This document shows positions 18,719 to 27,440 of a stretch of 36,279 nucleotides of DNA, one piece after another. Origin of the DNA: a virus (lineage: Duplodnaviria > Heunggongvirae > Uroviricota > Caudoviricetes). The DNA lies in IMG/VR virus record IMGVR_UViG_2917393062_000005, positions 1 to 36,279 of that record. One strand, 5' to 3'. The notes beneath the pieces were generated by a model. That model was not told where the DNA came from. It worked only from the letters and a program-made list of their open reading frames with translations, and did no database searches. Position 1 is the first letter of the stretch. Every line of letters begins with the position of its first letter. The translations under genes and the position numbers were made by a program.

Positions 18719-19221
18719 CAGCACAACTCCGCAAAGATTCGCGGGCGGCACAGAATGTCAGAGATGGCCCAGCTCACATCGCGCCACAAATCCGATGTCT
18801 GTATATCCAGTGCGTCCGCCCGGCGGTCGCCCTTATCCGTGGTGTCCGCATCGCGGTAACGCTCCAGAATCAGGGCGCGTGTGGCGGTATAAACAGCATT
18901 GCGCCAGTGCCAGAGATTGACGCTTTCTCCGTTAATTACGGGTGCCGGAACATCGGCCAGCGTATGATGGCCAGCCGCCTGCTGTTCCTGCTGCCATGCT
19001 TCCAGCTCGCGGGTAACGTGTGCCACAGCTCCGGTGGCGGTATGCAGCAGGCGGGAGGTGGTCACACGGCCCGGCAGTCGTACCGCCAGACGCAGCTCGC
19101 GCAGCACAATATCCGGCCAGAATGCACCTGCTGAAATGCGAGTGTCGCCATCATCGGTATCGGTGATGTCGTCCTCTGCGGGTCTTGGTTCAGTTCTGGC
19201 AACCATACTCATGGGGTTCAC
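18718..19221 (-). CDS. L: Capsid completion protein L
   Basis: 167 aa immediately downstream of M in the O-N-M-L order; size matches P2 gpL. Confidence 0.8.
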   Translation of the reverse strand: MNPMSMVARTEPRPAEDDITDTDDGDTRISAGAFWPDIVLRELRLAVRLPGRVTTSRLLHTATGAVAHVTRELEAWQQEQQAAGHHTLADVPAPVINGESVNLWHWRNAVYTATRALILERYRDADTTDKGDRRADALDIQTSDLWRDVSWAISDILCRPRIFAELC

Positions 19222-19314
19222 TCCTGAAAAAAATCGGGCGGTGGGTGCGCGGTGTAAACGGTCACGGAGTCAAACCGGAACACCGCGCACGCCGCCCGCT
19301 GACGGGGTCAGTCG

Positions 19315-20115
19315 TTAACCGCGCTTCGCCTTCTGCGTCGCGGTGGTTTTTCGTGTTGCAGGTTTCCGCGTTGTCTTTTTACTTTTGCTGCTTTCGTCCT
19401 GCGCCTGCTGTGCGCTGGCGTCTTCTGATGCGGCTGCGGAATCGGCTTTTTTCAGGGCGCGGGAAAGGGTTGCAATCTCGCGTTTCACACCTGCGTTCGG
19501 GTTCAGCTGCATCGCTTCGCGCAGCAGCTTCAGTGACAGGGCCATGCTGTCCGCATCGGTCAGGCCACGGCGGGCAAAGGCGCACGCCTTGCATAATTTG
19601 GCGCGTACTTCGTCCGGCATATCCTGGTCGGTGACAATCTCCCGGAGGGTGTCCAGTGGTTCGATAAAGGCGGACAAATCCGCGTCGGCATCCGTCCCGG
19701 CCTGCGTCAGTACCGGGTTGCAGATTTCTTCGGTCAGTACCGTGGCAGCAGTACGGCCAAAGTTATCCGGCATGATGAGGTTGTGATGGACCACATACGC
19801 ACCAATACGCAATGCCAGCGGAAGATCGCCACAGTCAATCGCCCACACCATCAGCGTGGCAATCACCTCATCCTGCTGCCCGCCGTCAGCCTCCAGCGTT
19901 CCTTCAATCCAGCCGGAAAAGTCCGGTAACAACTCTTTTTTGATGGCGGCTTTGGCGCTTCTGGCCTGTACGCCCTTAAGTCGGGCCTGTGCCAGACGCA
20001 GACGATACAGCACCTCTTCATGCGCGGTACGTGCGGCGTGATCCACGCCTTCATTCGCCCGGCCTGCGCGCTGCGCCATCACGTTCTGCCAGTGTTGCTG
20101 TGCAGGGGTAATCAT
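19315..20115 (-). CDS. M: Terminase endonuclease (small) subunit M
   Basis: 266 aa after N; basic Lys/Thr-rich C-terminal tail; position and size match P2 gpM. Confidence 0.8.
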   Translation of the reverse strand: MITPAQQHWQNVMAQRAGRANEGVDHAARTAHEEVLYRLRLAQARLKGVQARSAKAAIKKELLPDFSGWIEGTLEADGGQQDEVIATLMVWAIDCGDLPLALRIGAYVVHHNLIMPDNFGRTAATVLTEEICNPVLTQAGTDADADLSAFIEPLDTLREIVTDQDMPDEVRAKLCKACAFARRGLTDADSMALSLKLLREAMQLNPNAGVKREIATLSRALKKADSAAASEDASAQQAQDESSKSKKTTRKPATRKTTATQKAKRG

Positions 20116-20160
20116 TCTTTCTCTCCGTTACAGGCGGGCATGATGCCCGCCGTGAGTTGA

Positions 20161-21213
20161 TTAGCTGTCGGCGAACTTCAGGCCAGTGACCATCGCGCAC
20201 TTGCCATAGTCTTCAACGACATAAGCGTCATTGATGGACTGGTAGGTGGCGATGCGGTTGTATTCCGGCTCGTCTTTCATCAGGCGACGCATTGAGCCTC
20301 TCTGCCAGTAAATTGACAGGTTGTTGAATGAGGTGATCAGCATCGTTGCATCCGGGAAGAACGGCGCAAGGAATACATCCAGCCCACCAATGGTGCGCGA
20401 TGACAGGATGAGCTGTCCGGCGAGTAATTCCGCATTGGGATTCTGGCCGCTGATGCTGTTCAGCACGGGCAGACGCAGCGAGTTAAACAGGTTGCGCCCC
20501 ATAATCACCACGAGGTCGTCTGCTTCCTTGTGCCATTCATCCAGCAGGGATGAGCGCGCGTCCTGTACCAGTGCATCAGCGTTCGCATACTTACCCGCGT
20601 GCGCCACGGTGTTGTCCATGTTGCGGGAGGTCAGCGTCACGTCATTCATTACGCGTTCACTGGCATCGGTTCTGATGTGCTCCAGCCAGCCCACGTTAAC
20701 GTCCTGAAGCAGCTTGTTGGTGCTGAAATTGGATTTTTCCGCGTGTGATGTGCCGTTAAAGCCGATCATGATGCGGTCAAGCGCCACCTGCCGGGCAATC
20801 TGTGTGCTGATGCGCGACTGAAAATCGCTGTGAGCCGCCCAGGCATCAAGCTTCGGATACGAAATAAACGTGTCGTAGTTCACCTGTTCACACTGGTACT
20901 GACGAGCCTTCATATCGACAGCGTTAATCGGATTACGGCGATCTGTGCCGTCATAACTGGTATTCGTGCGCGCAATCGGCCCGGTGGTGTCCAGGAGAAC
21001 TTTTTCGCCTTTCTGGTCAGTTACACCGATTACATTAATTCTTTTCGTAAATTCGGTACTTTCCTTTGAAGCGTTTTCAAAACGCTGTTGTACCGATGGA
21101 TTGACGGTAAATCGCGATACCAGCGCAGAAACCGGGATATTGTTAAGCGACGCCTGCTGCGTCATGTAGCAGCCCAGCTTGTTACGGGCATTATCTGACA
21201 TCACCAGATTCAT
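20161..21213 (-). CDS. N: Major capsid protein N
   Basis: 350 aa between O and M; size and position match P2 gpN. Confidence 0.9.
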   Translation of the reverse strand: MNLVMSDNARNKLGCYMTQQASLNNIPVSALVSRFTVNPSVQQRFENASKESTEFTKRINVIGVTDQKGEKVLLDTTGPIARTNTSYDGTDRRNPINAVDMKARQYQCEQVNYDTFISYPKLDAWAAHSDFQSRISTQIARQVALDRIMIGFNGTSHAEKSNFSTNKLLQDVNVGWLEHIRTDASERVMNDVTLTSRNMDNTVAHAGKYANADALVQDARSSLLDEWHKEADDLVVIMGRNLFNSLRLPVLNSISGQNPNAELLAGQLILSSRTIGGLDVFLAPFFPDATMLITSFNNLSIYWQRGSMRRLMKDEPEYNRIATYQSINDAYVVEDYGKCAMVTGLKFADS

Positions 21214-21235
21214 AAAAATTTGCTCCTTTGTCTTA

Positions 21236-22072
21236 TCAGAAGTCAGCCAGTTGATCGGAGGCTGCGCCCGTTGCGGTGAACCGGTTCTGCGGATCGCCGT
21301 CCTGCGTGCGCAGTTTTTCCTTCAGTGCTGCCAGCTCTGTGGTCAGTGACGTAATTTTCTGGCTGTCCTGCTGATGGCGGGTTTCCAGCACATTAAAACG
21401 GTCGATAATGTCGGCCTGTGACGTTGCTACGCCTTCCACCGCTTCCTGAATACGGGAAAAACTGGCGTCATCCGCTTTGCGGCCACGGCCAATAATCCCC
21501 ATTACGCGGTTAAACCACTGGGTGCCTTCTTCCTGGCGTTGTTCTGCCATTTCGATGATTTCAGACTCGATGGCTTCGGAGATAAGCGGCGCTTCACCCT
21601 GGATACTGTTGAACGTCATCACCGCCTGACGTTGCTGTGCCGTGAATTTCAGGCGCTCAGTGCCCAGGCTTGCCGGGGTGTCGGTCATCGCCAGCCCGAC
21701 CAGATAGGCGCGCCCGTTAACGGAGAACTGCGGGTGCAGTTCGATACTGGAATAGATTTTCTTGCCGTCCGCGACAAGCTGCTTCATGCGCTCGGTCGGT
21801 TCGATTTCTGCATACAGCGCAGTACGCCCGGCCAGCGGACCTTCCGTAATGTCTTCCGTACTCAGTGCGGTGACATCGCCCATTGCGGAAAATTCGCTTG
21901 ACGGGCATGGCGAGAGATAGTGCTCAACGTTCACGCGGGCAGCGTAAACATCCGGGTCGAAGTTCTCAGCAGCTTCACGCAGATGCACCGGACTGATTTC
22001 GCGGCCGTCAACAGTTGATCCGGAGACAGCCACGCGAAACTTTTTGCGTGATGTCTTTTTTTCATTAGCCAT
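21236..22072 (-). CDS. O: Capsid scaffolding protein O
   Basis: Start MANEKKTSRKKF preceded by AGGGG RBS; coiled-coil C-terminus; divergent from P. Confidence 0.85.
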   Translation of the reverse strand: MANEKKTSRKKFRVAVSGSTVDGREISPVHLREAAENFDPDVYAARVNVEHYLSPCPSSEFSAMGDVTALSTEDITEGPLAGRTALYAEIEPTERMKQLVADGKKIYSSIELHPQFSVNGRAYLVGLAMTDTPASLGTERLKFTAQQRQAVMTFNSIQGEAPLISEAIESEIIEMAEQRQEEGTQWFNRVMGIIGRGRKADDASFSRIQEAVEGVATSQADIIDRFNVLETRHQQDSQKITSLTTELAALKEKLRTQDGDPQNRFTATGAASDQLADF

Positions 22073-22226
22073 AGTTTTTGCCCCTCTGACTGGTTCTTCA
22101 GTCATGATGGCAAAGCGTAACAGGCTGATACAAAGGGCTTTTGTTGTAAGAAAACGGCCAGAACAGGGGGTTAAGGAGAACAGTTTCGCGCGCGGGTAAT
22201 CTTCCTGTAATTACTCAGGGGGAGCA
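22073..22226. promoter_or_regulatory. Divergent late promoter region between O (minus) and P (plus)
   Basis: Gene arrangement as in P2 (Q-P leftward, O-N-M-L rightward). Individual promoter elements not resolved. Confidence 0.4.
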
Positions 22227-23978
22227 ATGATTCAGGACGCTTTTGTGCGCCAGCGTGCGCGGCAACTTTACTGGCAGGGTTATCCGCCCGCAGAAATATC
22301 ACGTCTGATGGGAATAAACCCGAACACGATTTATGCGTGGAAAAAACGCGACCAGTGGGATGAAACGCCACCTGTGCAGCGTGTCACGCAGTCCATCGAT
22401 GCGCGCCTCATCCAGCTTACTGAAAAACAGAATAAAACAGGCGGTGACTTCAAGGAAATAGACCTGCTGACCCGGCAGCTTAAAAAGCTGCATGATGGCC
22501 AGCCGGATGTGATGACCGCAGGAAAGAAAGGCCGGGCGAAAAAACTCAAAAATCATTTCACGCCGGAACAGATTGCCGCACTGCGGGAAAAAATCATCAG
22601 CAGGCTGGAGTGGCATCAGCGGGGCTGGTTTGACTCCCTGACCCTTTGCAGGGAAGCCGGGATACGTAACAGGATGATCCTGAAATCCCGACAGATTGGG
22701 GCGACTTGGTATTTTGCACAGGAAGCACTGCTGATGGCGCTGCGTGACGATGTGGCGCAACCTTACCAGCGTAACCAGATTTTTTTGTCTGCGTCGCGTC
22801 GTCAGGCGTTCCAGTTTAAAAGCATTATTCAGAAGGCCGCGGCTGAAGTTGATGTGGAGCTGAAGGGGGGCGATAAAATCATCCTCTCCAACGGCGCAGA
22901 GCTGCATTTTCTCGGTACTTCTGCTGCGACGGCACAGTCCTACACAGGCAATTTTTATTTTGATGAATTTTTCTGGGTCAGTCGCTTTGCTGAACTGCGC
23001 AAGGTGGCTGGCGCTATGGCAACCCTCAGCGGGCTGCGACGCACCTACTTCTCCACGCCATCAACCGAAACGCACGAGGCATACGTCTACTGGAACGGCG
23101 ACCGCTGGAACGAAAAAAAGGCCGCGCATAAACGCCAGCGTTTTTCTGTGGACTGGAAAACGCTGCATAACGGGCTTATATGCCCCGACCGGACGTGGCG
23201 GCAAATTGTCACGCTGGAAGATGTGGTTAATCACGGCTGGAAACACACCGATATTGATGAAATTCGTGATGAAAACACCGAAGACGAGTTCCGCAATCTC
23301 TATATGTGTGAGTTTGTCCGCGAAGGGGAATCGGCATTTAACCTGAATATCCTGATTGGCTGCGGCGTTGATGGATACGACGACTGGAAAGACTGGAAAC
23401 CTTTTGCTCCCCGCCCGATGGGGAATCGTCCGGTATGGATTGGGTATGACGCAAACGGCAGCAGTGGAAACGGCGACAGTGGCGCGGTGTCCGTGGTGGT
23501 TCCTCCGGCTGTTCCTGGTGGCCGTTTTCGAACGGTGGAGACGCGACGCGTTCAGGGGCTGGAGTTTGAAGAACAGGCCAGAGTCATTGAAGAGTTCACG
23601 TGTCGCTACAACGTGGAACACATCGGCATTGATGTGACGGGCGGGAACGGGGAGGCTGTTTATCAGATAGTGAAACGGTTTTTCCCTGCTGCTATTCCGT
23701 ACACCTTCACGCTGTCATCAAAACGGTCGCTGGTACTGAAAATGCTGCAAATAATGCGTGCCGGGCGGTGGGAATACGATCGCGCCGAACGCGAGCTGGT
23801 CGCGGCCTTTAACGCCGTGCGTAAGGTGAAAACACCGGGCGGCTTTATCACTTACGAAACGGACCGCGCGAGGGGGATCAGCCACGGCGACCTTGCGTGG
23901 GCAACCATGCTTGCTGTCATTAACGAACCAATTGGCGGCGAAGGAGAAAACGAGCGTTTCACGGTTATGGAGTTCTGA
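22227..23978 (+). CDS. P: Terminase ATPase (large) subunit P
   Basis: 583 aa; N-terminal HTH-like MIQDAFVRQRARQLYWQGY...IYAWKKRDQWD typical of P2 gpP; followed by the portal gene. Confidence 0.92.
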   Translation: MIQDAFVRQRARQLYWQGYPPAEISRLMGINPNTIYAWKKRDQWDETPPVQRVTQSIDARLIQLTEKQNKTGGDFKEIDLLTRQLKKLHDGQPDVMTAGKKGRAKKLKNHFTPEQIAALREKIISRLEWHQRGWFDSLTLCREAGIRNRMILKSRQIGATWYFAQEALLMALRDDVAQPYQRNQIFLSASRRQAFQFKSIIQKAAAEVDVELKGGDKIILSNGAELHFLGTSAATAQSYTGNFYFDEFFWVSRFAELRKVAGAMATLSGLRRTYFSTPSTETHEAYVYWNGDRWNEKKAAHKRQRFSVDWKTLHNGLICPDRTWRQIVTLEDVVNHGWKHTDIDEIRDENTEDEFRNLYMCEFVREGESAFNLNILIGCGVDGYDDWKDWKPFAPRPMGNRPVWIGYDANGSSGNGDSGAVSVVVPPAVPGGRFRTVETRRVQGLEFEEQARVIEEFTCRYNVEHIGIDVTGGNGEAVYQIVKRFFPAAIPYTFTLSSKRSLVLKMLQIMRAGRWEYDRAERELVAAFNAVRKVKTPGGFITYETDRARGISHGDLAWATMLAVINEPIGGEGENERFTVMEF

Positions 23979-25024
23979 TGAGCAGAAAAAATAAAAAAGT
24001 GCGCATGAGTTCACGCATTGATCTCGCTGATGCGCTCAGGAAAGAATCGTCGCTCAGTGCATTCACATTTGATGGTCCTTACCGCCTGACCGGGCATGAC
24101 CTGCTGGACAATATGTACTGTGCTGATAACGGGCGATGGTATGAAACCCCGGTGGACTGGTACGGTCTGGCAAGAGCTGCCCGGCAAACGTCCTGGCATC
24201 AGTCTGCGCTTTACTTTAAGCGCAATGTATTGCTCGGCTGCTATATTCCGCACCCGCTGCTTTCCCGGCAGGATTTCTCGGCGCTGGCGCTGGACTGGTT
24301 TGTGTTCGGTAACGCATTCCTTGAGCTTCGAAGCAATATGCTCGGCGAACCGCTTAAATTACGGCACGCCCTGGCGAAATACATGCGACGCGGAAGCGAT
24401 CTTGAATCATGGTGGTATGTGCAGGATGGCAAGGACGCGTTCCAGTTTCGCCCTGGCAAAGTGTGCCACCTGATGAATCCGGATATTAACCAGGAAATCT
24501 ACGGCATGCCGGAATATCTTGGCGCATTACTCTCGGCCAGCCTTTCTCATTCGGCGGACATGTTCAGAAAACTGTACTACGACAACGGATCCCACGCCGG
24601 GTGCATCATCTACATCGGTGCAGCGCAGGTAAACCGCGAAAGCATGGACTCCCTGAAAGAAACGCTACAGGGGGCACGTGGTGGTGGTGCGTTTAAAAAC
24701 GTGCTCATTCATGCGCCCAACGGGGGCAAAGAGGGGGTGCAAATTTTGCCGTTCCAGCAGATCACCGCAAAAGATGAGTTCATGAATGTTAAGGCGGCAT
24801 CCCGTGATGATGTGCTGGCTGCGCACCGCGTTCCGCCGCAACTGATGGGGGCGATGCCGGGTGAAAAAAGTGCGTTTGGTGATGTGGAGAAGGCCGCGCG
24901 GGTTTACGCAATTAACGAGCTGATGCCCGTCATGGAGGCCATGAAGCACATCAATGACTGGCTTGGCGAAGAGGTGATCCGCTTTAACCCTTACGCACTG
25001 TTAGACACCCAGCCCACATCCTGA
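23978..25024 (+). CDS. Q: Portal protein Q
   Basis: 348 aa, start overlapping the P stop; size and position match P2 gpQ. Confidence 0.9.
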   Translation: MSRKNKKVRMSSRIDLADALRKESSLSAFTFDGPYRLTGHDLLDNMYCADNGRWYETPVDWYGLARAARQTSWHQSALYFKRNVLLGCYIPHPLLSRQDFSALALDWFVFGNAFLELRSNMLGEPLKLRHALAKYMRRGSDLESWWYVQDGKDAFQFRPGKVCHLMNPDINQEIYGMPEYLGALLSASLSHSADMFRKLYYDNGSHAGCIIYIGAAQVNRESMDSLKETLQGARGGGAFKNVLIHAPNGGKEGVQILPFQQITAKDEFMNVKAASRDDVLAAHRVPPQLMGAMPGEKSAFGDVEKAARVYAINELMPVMEAMKHINDWLGEEVIRFNPYALLDTQPTS

Positions 25025-25051
25025 CGCGCTTCGCTTGTCTGCTGCTTCGCC

Positions 25052-25074
25052 GGGGCATAAAAAATTTATGCCCC
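25052..25074. repeat. Perfect 10-bp-stem palindrome GGGGCATAAA-AAA-TTTATGCCCC just past Q
   Basis: Seen in sequence; no U-tract, so either a terminator-like hairpin or a binding site. Confidence 0.4.
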
Positions 25075-25329
25075 GACTCTCCAGCTCCTGTATCAGTCAG
25101 ATAGTTTCACGACGCTTTCCAGTTTATCGCCACCATCGACGGTCAGACTCTTACGCAATCCCACCGCGTTGACTGCATGTTCTCGCCGTCTCAGTGCGAT
25201 TTTGACGGCCTTACCTTTCACCCCATCAAATCAAAAGCCCTCACGTCTTTTTCACGTTCAGCGTGAGAAATACAGCCATTCTGTTGTATCTCTGCGACAT
25301 CGTTCAGGGAATGCTATTTACCCCCTGAA

Positions 25330-25420
25330 ATGCGGGCTGTTCCCCCGTCACCTACGCGCAGAAAAAACGCGTTTTTTTGTGCACGCACGGATCCTTGACG
25401 GATCCAGCCGCCACGCGGGC
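25330..25420. other. Approximate cos (cohesive end / packaging) region
   Basis: In P2-like phages cos lies next to Q; G/C-rich motifs here (TGTTCCCCCGTCACC, GCCGCCACGCGGGCC) loosely resemble the P2/186 cos core as recalled. Position is approximate. Confidence 0.25.
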
Positions 25421-25448
25421 CGGAAGGGCAAAAAGTCGTTCAAAAAAA

Positions 25449-25478
25449 TTGTGCAATTTTGTGCACTATTGTGCATTG
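25449..25478. repeat. Three tandem 10-bp iterons TTGTGCA(A/C/T)T
   Basis: ttgtgcaatt / ttgtgcacta / ttgtgcattg in exact 10-bp register, next to the hairpin that ends the hotspot gene. Confidence 0.6.
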
Positions 25479-25483
25479 AAATA

Positions 25484-25506
25484 AACGCCCTGGAGGAGGG
25501 CGTTTT
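25484..25506 (-). terminator. Hairpin terminator after the 135-aa hotspot gene
   Basis: AACGCCC-TGGAGGA-GGGCGTT stem-loop immediately past the stop at 25509. Confidence 0.5.
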
Positions 25507-25508
25507 AC

Positions 25509-25916
25509 TTATCTTTTATAGCCTTGCCCCTTCCTGGCCAACGCCCTGATGGCCGGGCGTGCCAACACCATATTTTGGCAATGATGAATTGCCCGGCAAA
25601 ATTCATCTCTACCCATTGGATGCTCAACTGGCAATGTTAAATACAGGTTCCATGCGTCGCCTAAAAGTTGGGCTATCTTTTGTTCTTCAGATGTCAGCAA
25701 GCAAGCGGTATCCGTAAAATAATCATACTTTTCATGTATGTTATTTAACGGTTTTGTCTGTAGTGCAGCCTGAGCTATACGGTATGCCTGAAGCATACGG
25801 GCGTCGTTGATATCCATTCCGAACGGAATTTCTGATGATTGTGACTCTGCATCTTCAAGCCTGGCAATTTCTTTACGTAAGAAGTATTTCAACTCTTGTT
25901 TCTGTTTTCTGTTCAT
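25509..25916 (-). CDS. Hypothetical protein (about 135 aa) at the cos-proximal accessory locus
   Basis: ORF with AAGGA RBS before ATG at 25916 (MNRKQKQELKYF...); no family recognised. Occupies the tin/old-equivalent position of P2. Confidence 0.6.
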   Translation of the reverse strand: MNRKQKQELKYFLRKEIARLEDAESQSSEIPFGMDINDARMLQAYRIAQAALQTKPLNNIHEKYDYFTDTACLLTSEEQKIAQLLGDAWNLYLTLPVEHPMGRDEFCRAIHHCQNMVLARPAIRALARKGQGYKR

Positions 25917-26012
25917 GCTTTTTTCCTTTTTCTCTGTCAATGTGTTGCATTGTGTCCCCCTTGTTTATGTTCCCGGATTAAAGTCATCAGGCGGATGCGC
26001 CCTGATGTTGTG

Positions 26013-26324
26013 TTATTCGGGAAATAACGCCCGGATATTTCCGGCCATCTGACTGGTTATCTGTGCGGTTGATACTGGCTGTGACGCGGGGCATTCTGTC
26101 CTGGTTTGTGTCACTGATAACGCCTCATCGTCAGCCCATGCAGCCAGTCGGTAAGCCTCTGCCGGATTCATTTTCAGAAGAGCCAGCCCGGCCAGAAAAG
26201 CCACGCGTTGGCCGCTTTTGCGGGCTTCTGGTGTAAGGCTGTCCAGCCAGGCGCATGCTTCGCTTTCGTTCTTGACGGCCGCAGGCTTCAGATAGAAACT
26301 TATCCGTCTGGTTGGTGTCGTCAT
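26013..26324 (-). CDS. parR: ParR/StbB-like centromere-binding partition adaptor
   Basis: About 104 aa from MTTPTRRISFYLKP; AAGGAG RBS; immediately downstream of parM; resembles R1 ParR (FKLNPD..., RAALTAGLALY, ...LFP) as recalled. Confidence 0.65.
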   Translation of the reverse strand: MTTPTRRISFYLKPAAVKNESEACAWLDSLTPEARKSGQRVAFLAGLALLKMNPAEAYRLAAWADDEALSVTQTRTECPASQPVSTAQITSQMAGNIRALFPE

Positions 26325-26328
26325 TGGT

Positions 26329-27288
26329 TTACTCCTTGTCCATTGCGTACAGCCCATTAACCAGAGCAAACTGTGGCACCCCGTCCGCGATGAAAGTCGC
26401 ATTAACTCCGCAGGCTTCGCGGATAGCGGGTGCCACAATCTCCGCCCCTCCACCGACAACCATCACCCGCCCGTAACCCGAAAAACCCGCCAGCGCGCGG
26501 ATCACGCGTTGTTTCAGTGTTTCTTCCTTTTCACGAATAACCGCCATCAGGCTGGCGTAATGCGCGTCATTGTGGATGTGCTGGCGCAGCCAGGCTTCAT
26601 CATGGCGATGTTCGATAATGGTATTGGCGATGTGGTGACTGGTGCGCATACCGTTAGTGGCCATCACCGACAGTACGGCATCGGCCATCAGAGAAACGCC
26701 TACGTGTGGATCGCAAAACACCTGGCTGATACCTGCCAGTTGCCCCTGAACCTTTGCCACATCCAGCGTGGTTCCGCCCAAATCCACAATCAGCAGGGAT
26801 TCAAACGGACTCATGTCAGCCAGTGCCTTAAAGCCAGCCGGAATGGATTCAGGCATAACCCGCACGTTACGGATAGTGAATGCTTCGCCGTTCTGGTACT
26901 CCACCGGGCGCATAACGTTCGCTTTTTTGCGGTTGATGTTGGCCATGTCCGGCTGTGCGTTTGTGTCGAAATACTCGCTCAGTGGCAGGGTGACAACCAC
27001 ATCCACCTCCTGTGGCGTGATGCCTGATTTGACCAGCGCGTGATGAATGGCAATGACATTTACATCGCTGTATTGGTATTGCGTGTCGGTTGTCTGGACA
27101 AAGCGATCGCTGACCGGATCAAAACCATAGCGCACTCCATCAAGCATGTAGTTCGCGGGCTGCATGCCACCGAACGGCGCAGACCATTCCGACTTGAAGC
27201 TGTTCGGGCTGATGGCGTTGCGGCGTTCGCCGTTCTCAGTCCATGCCAGCTTGATGTTGGTGGAGCCGTCGTCGATACAAATTTTCAT
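26329..27288 (-). CDS. parM: ParM/StbA actin-like partition ATPase
   Basis: 319 aa with the ParM motif series: IDDGSTNIKL, ISPNSF, QYSDVNV, HHAL, QPDMANI.RKKAN, VMPESIPAG, DLGGTTLD, GISQ, GVSL, VGGGAE, LVNGLY. Confidence 0.85.
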   Translation of the reverse strand: MKICIDDGSTNIKLAWTENGERRNAISPNSFKSEWSAPFGGMQPANYMLDGVRYGFDPVSDRFVQTTDTQYQYSDVNVIAIHHALVKSGITPQEVDVVVTLPLSEYFDTNAQPDMANINRKKANVMRPVEYQNGEAFTIRNVRVMPESIPAGFKALADMSPFESLLIVDLGGTTLDVAKVQGQLAGISQVFCDPHVGVSLMADAVLSVMATNGMRTSHHIANTIIEHRHDEAWLRQHIHNDAHYASLMAVIREKEETLKQRVIRALAGFSGYGRVMVVGGGAEIVAPAIREACGVNATFIADGVPQFALVNGLYAMDKE

Positions 27289-27440
27289 GTCGCTTTTCCT
27301 TATGTTGATTAATTAATCGTTTACGGGATTCTGAAATCCCGTTTTTGCCTGTTTTGCGCGCACTTCATGTTTTATGGCACGTTTTTTGCTCATTTACGGG
27401 ATTTGTGAATCCCATTTCTGTCTGTTTTTTGTTTCCACTG
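27289..27440. repeat. Two about 36-bp direct repeats, each with an 8-bp palindrome, upstream of parM; candidate parC-like centromere/operator
   Basis: TTTACGGGATTCTGAAATCCCGTTTTTGCCTGTTTT (about 27320-27355) and TTTACGGGATTTGTGAATCCCATTTCTGTCTGTTTT (about 27393-27430); the second lies within the A 3' end. Also a 12-bp palindrome GATTAATTAATC at 27306-27317. Confidence 0.5.
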
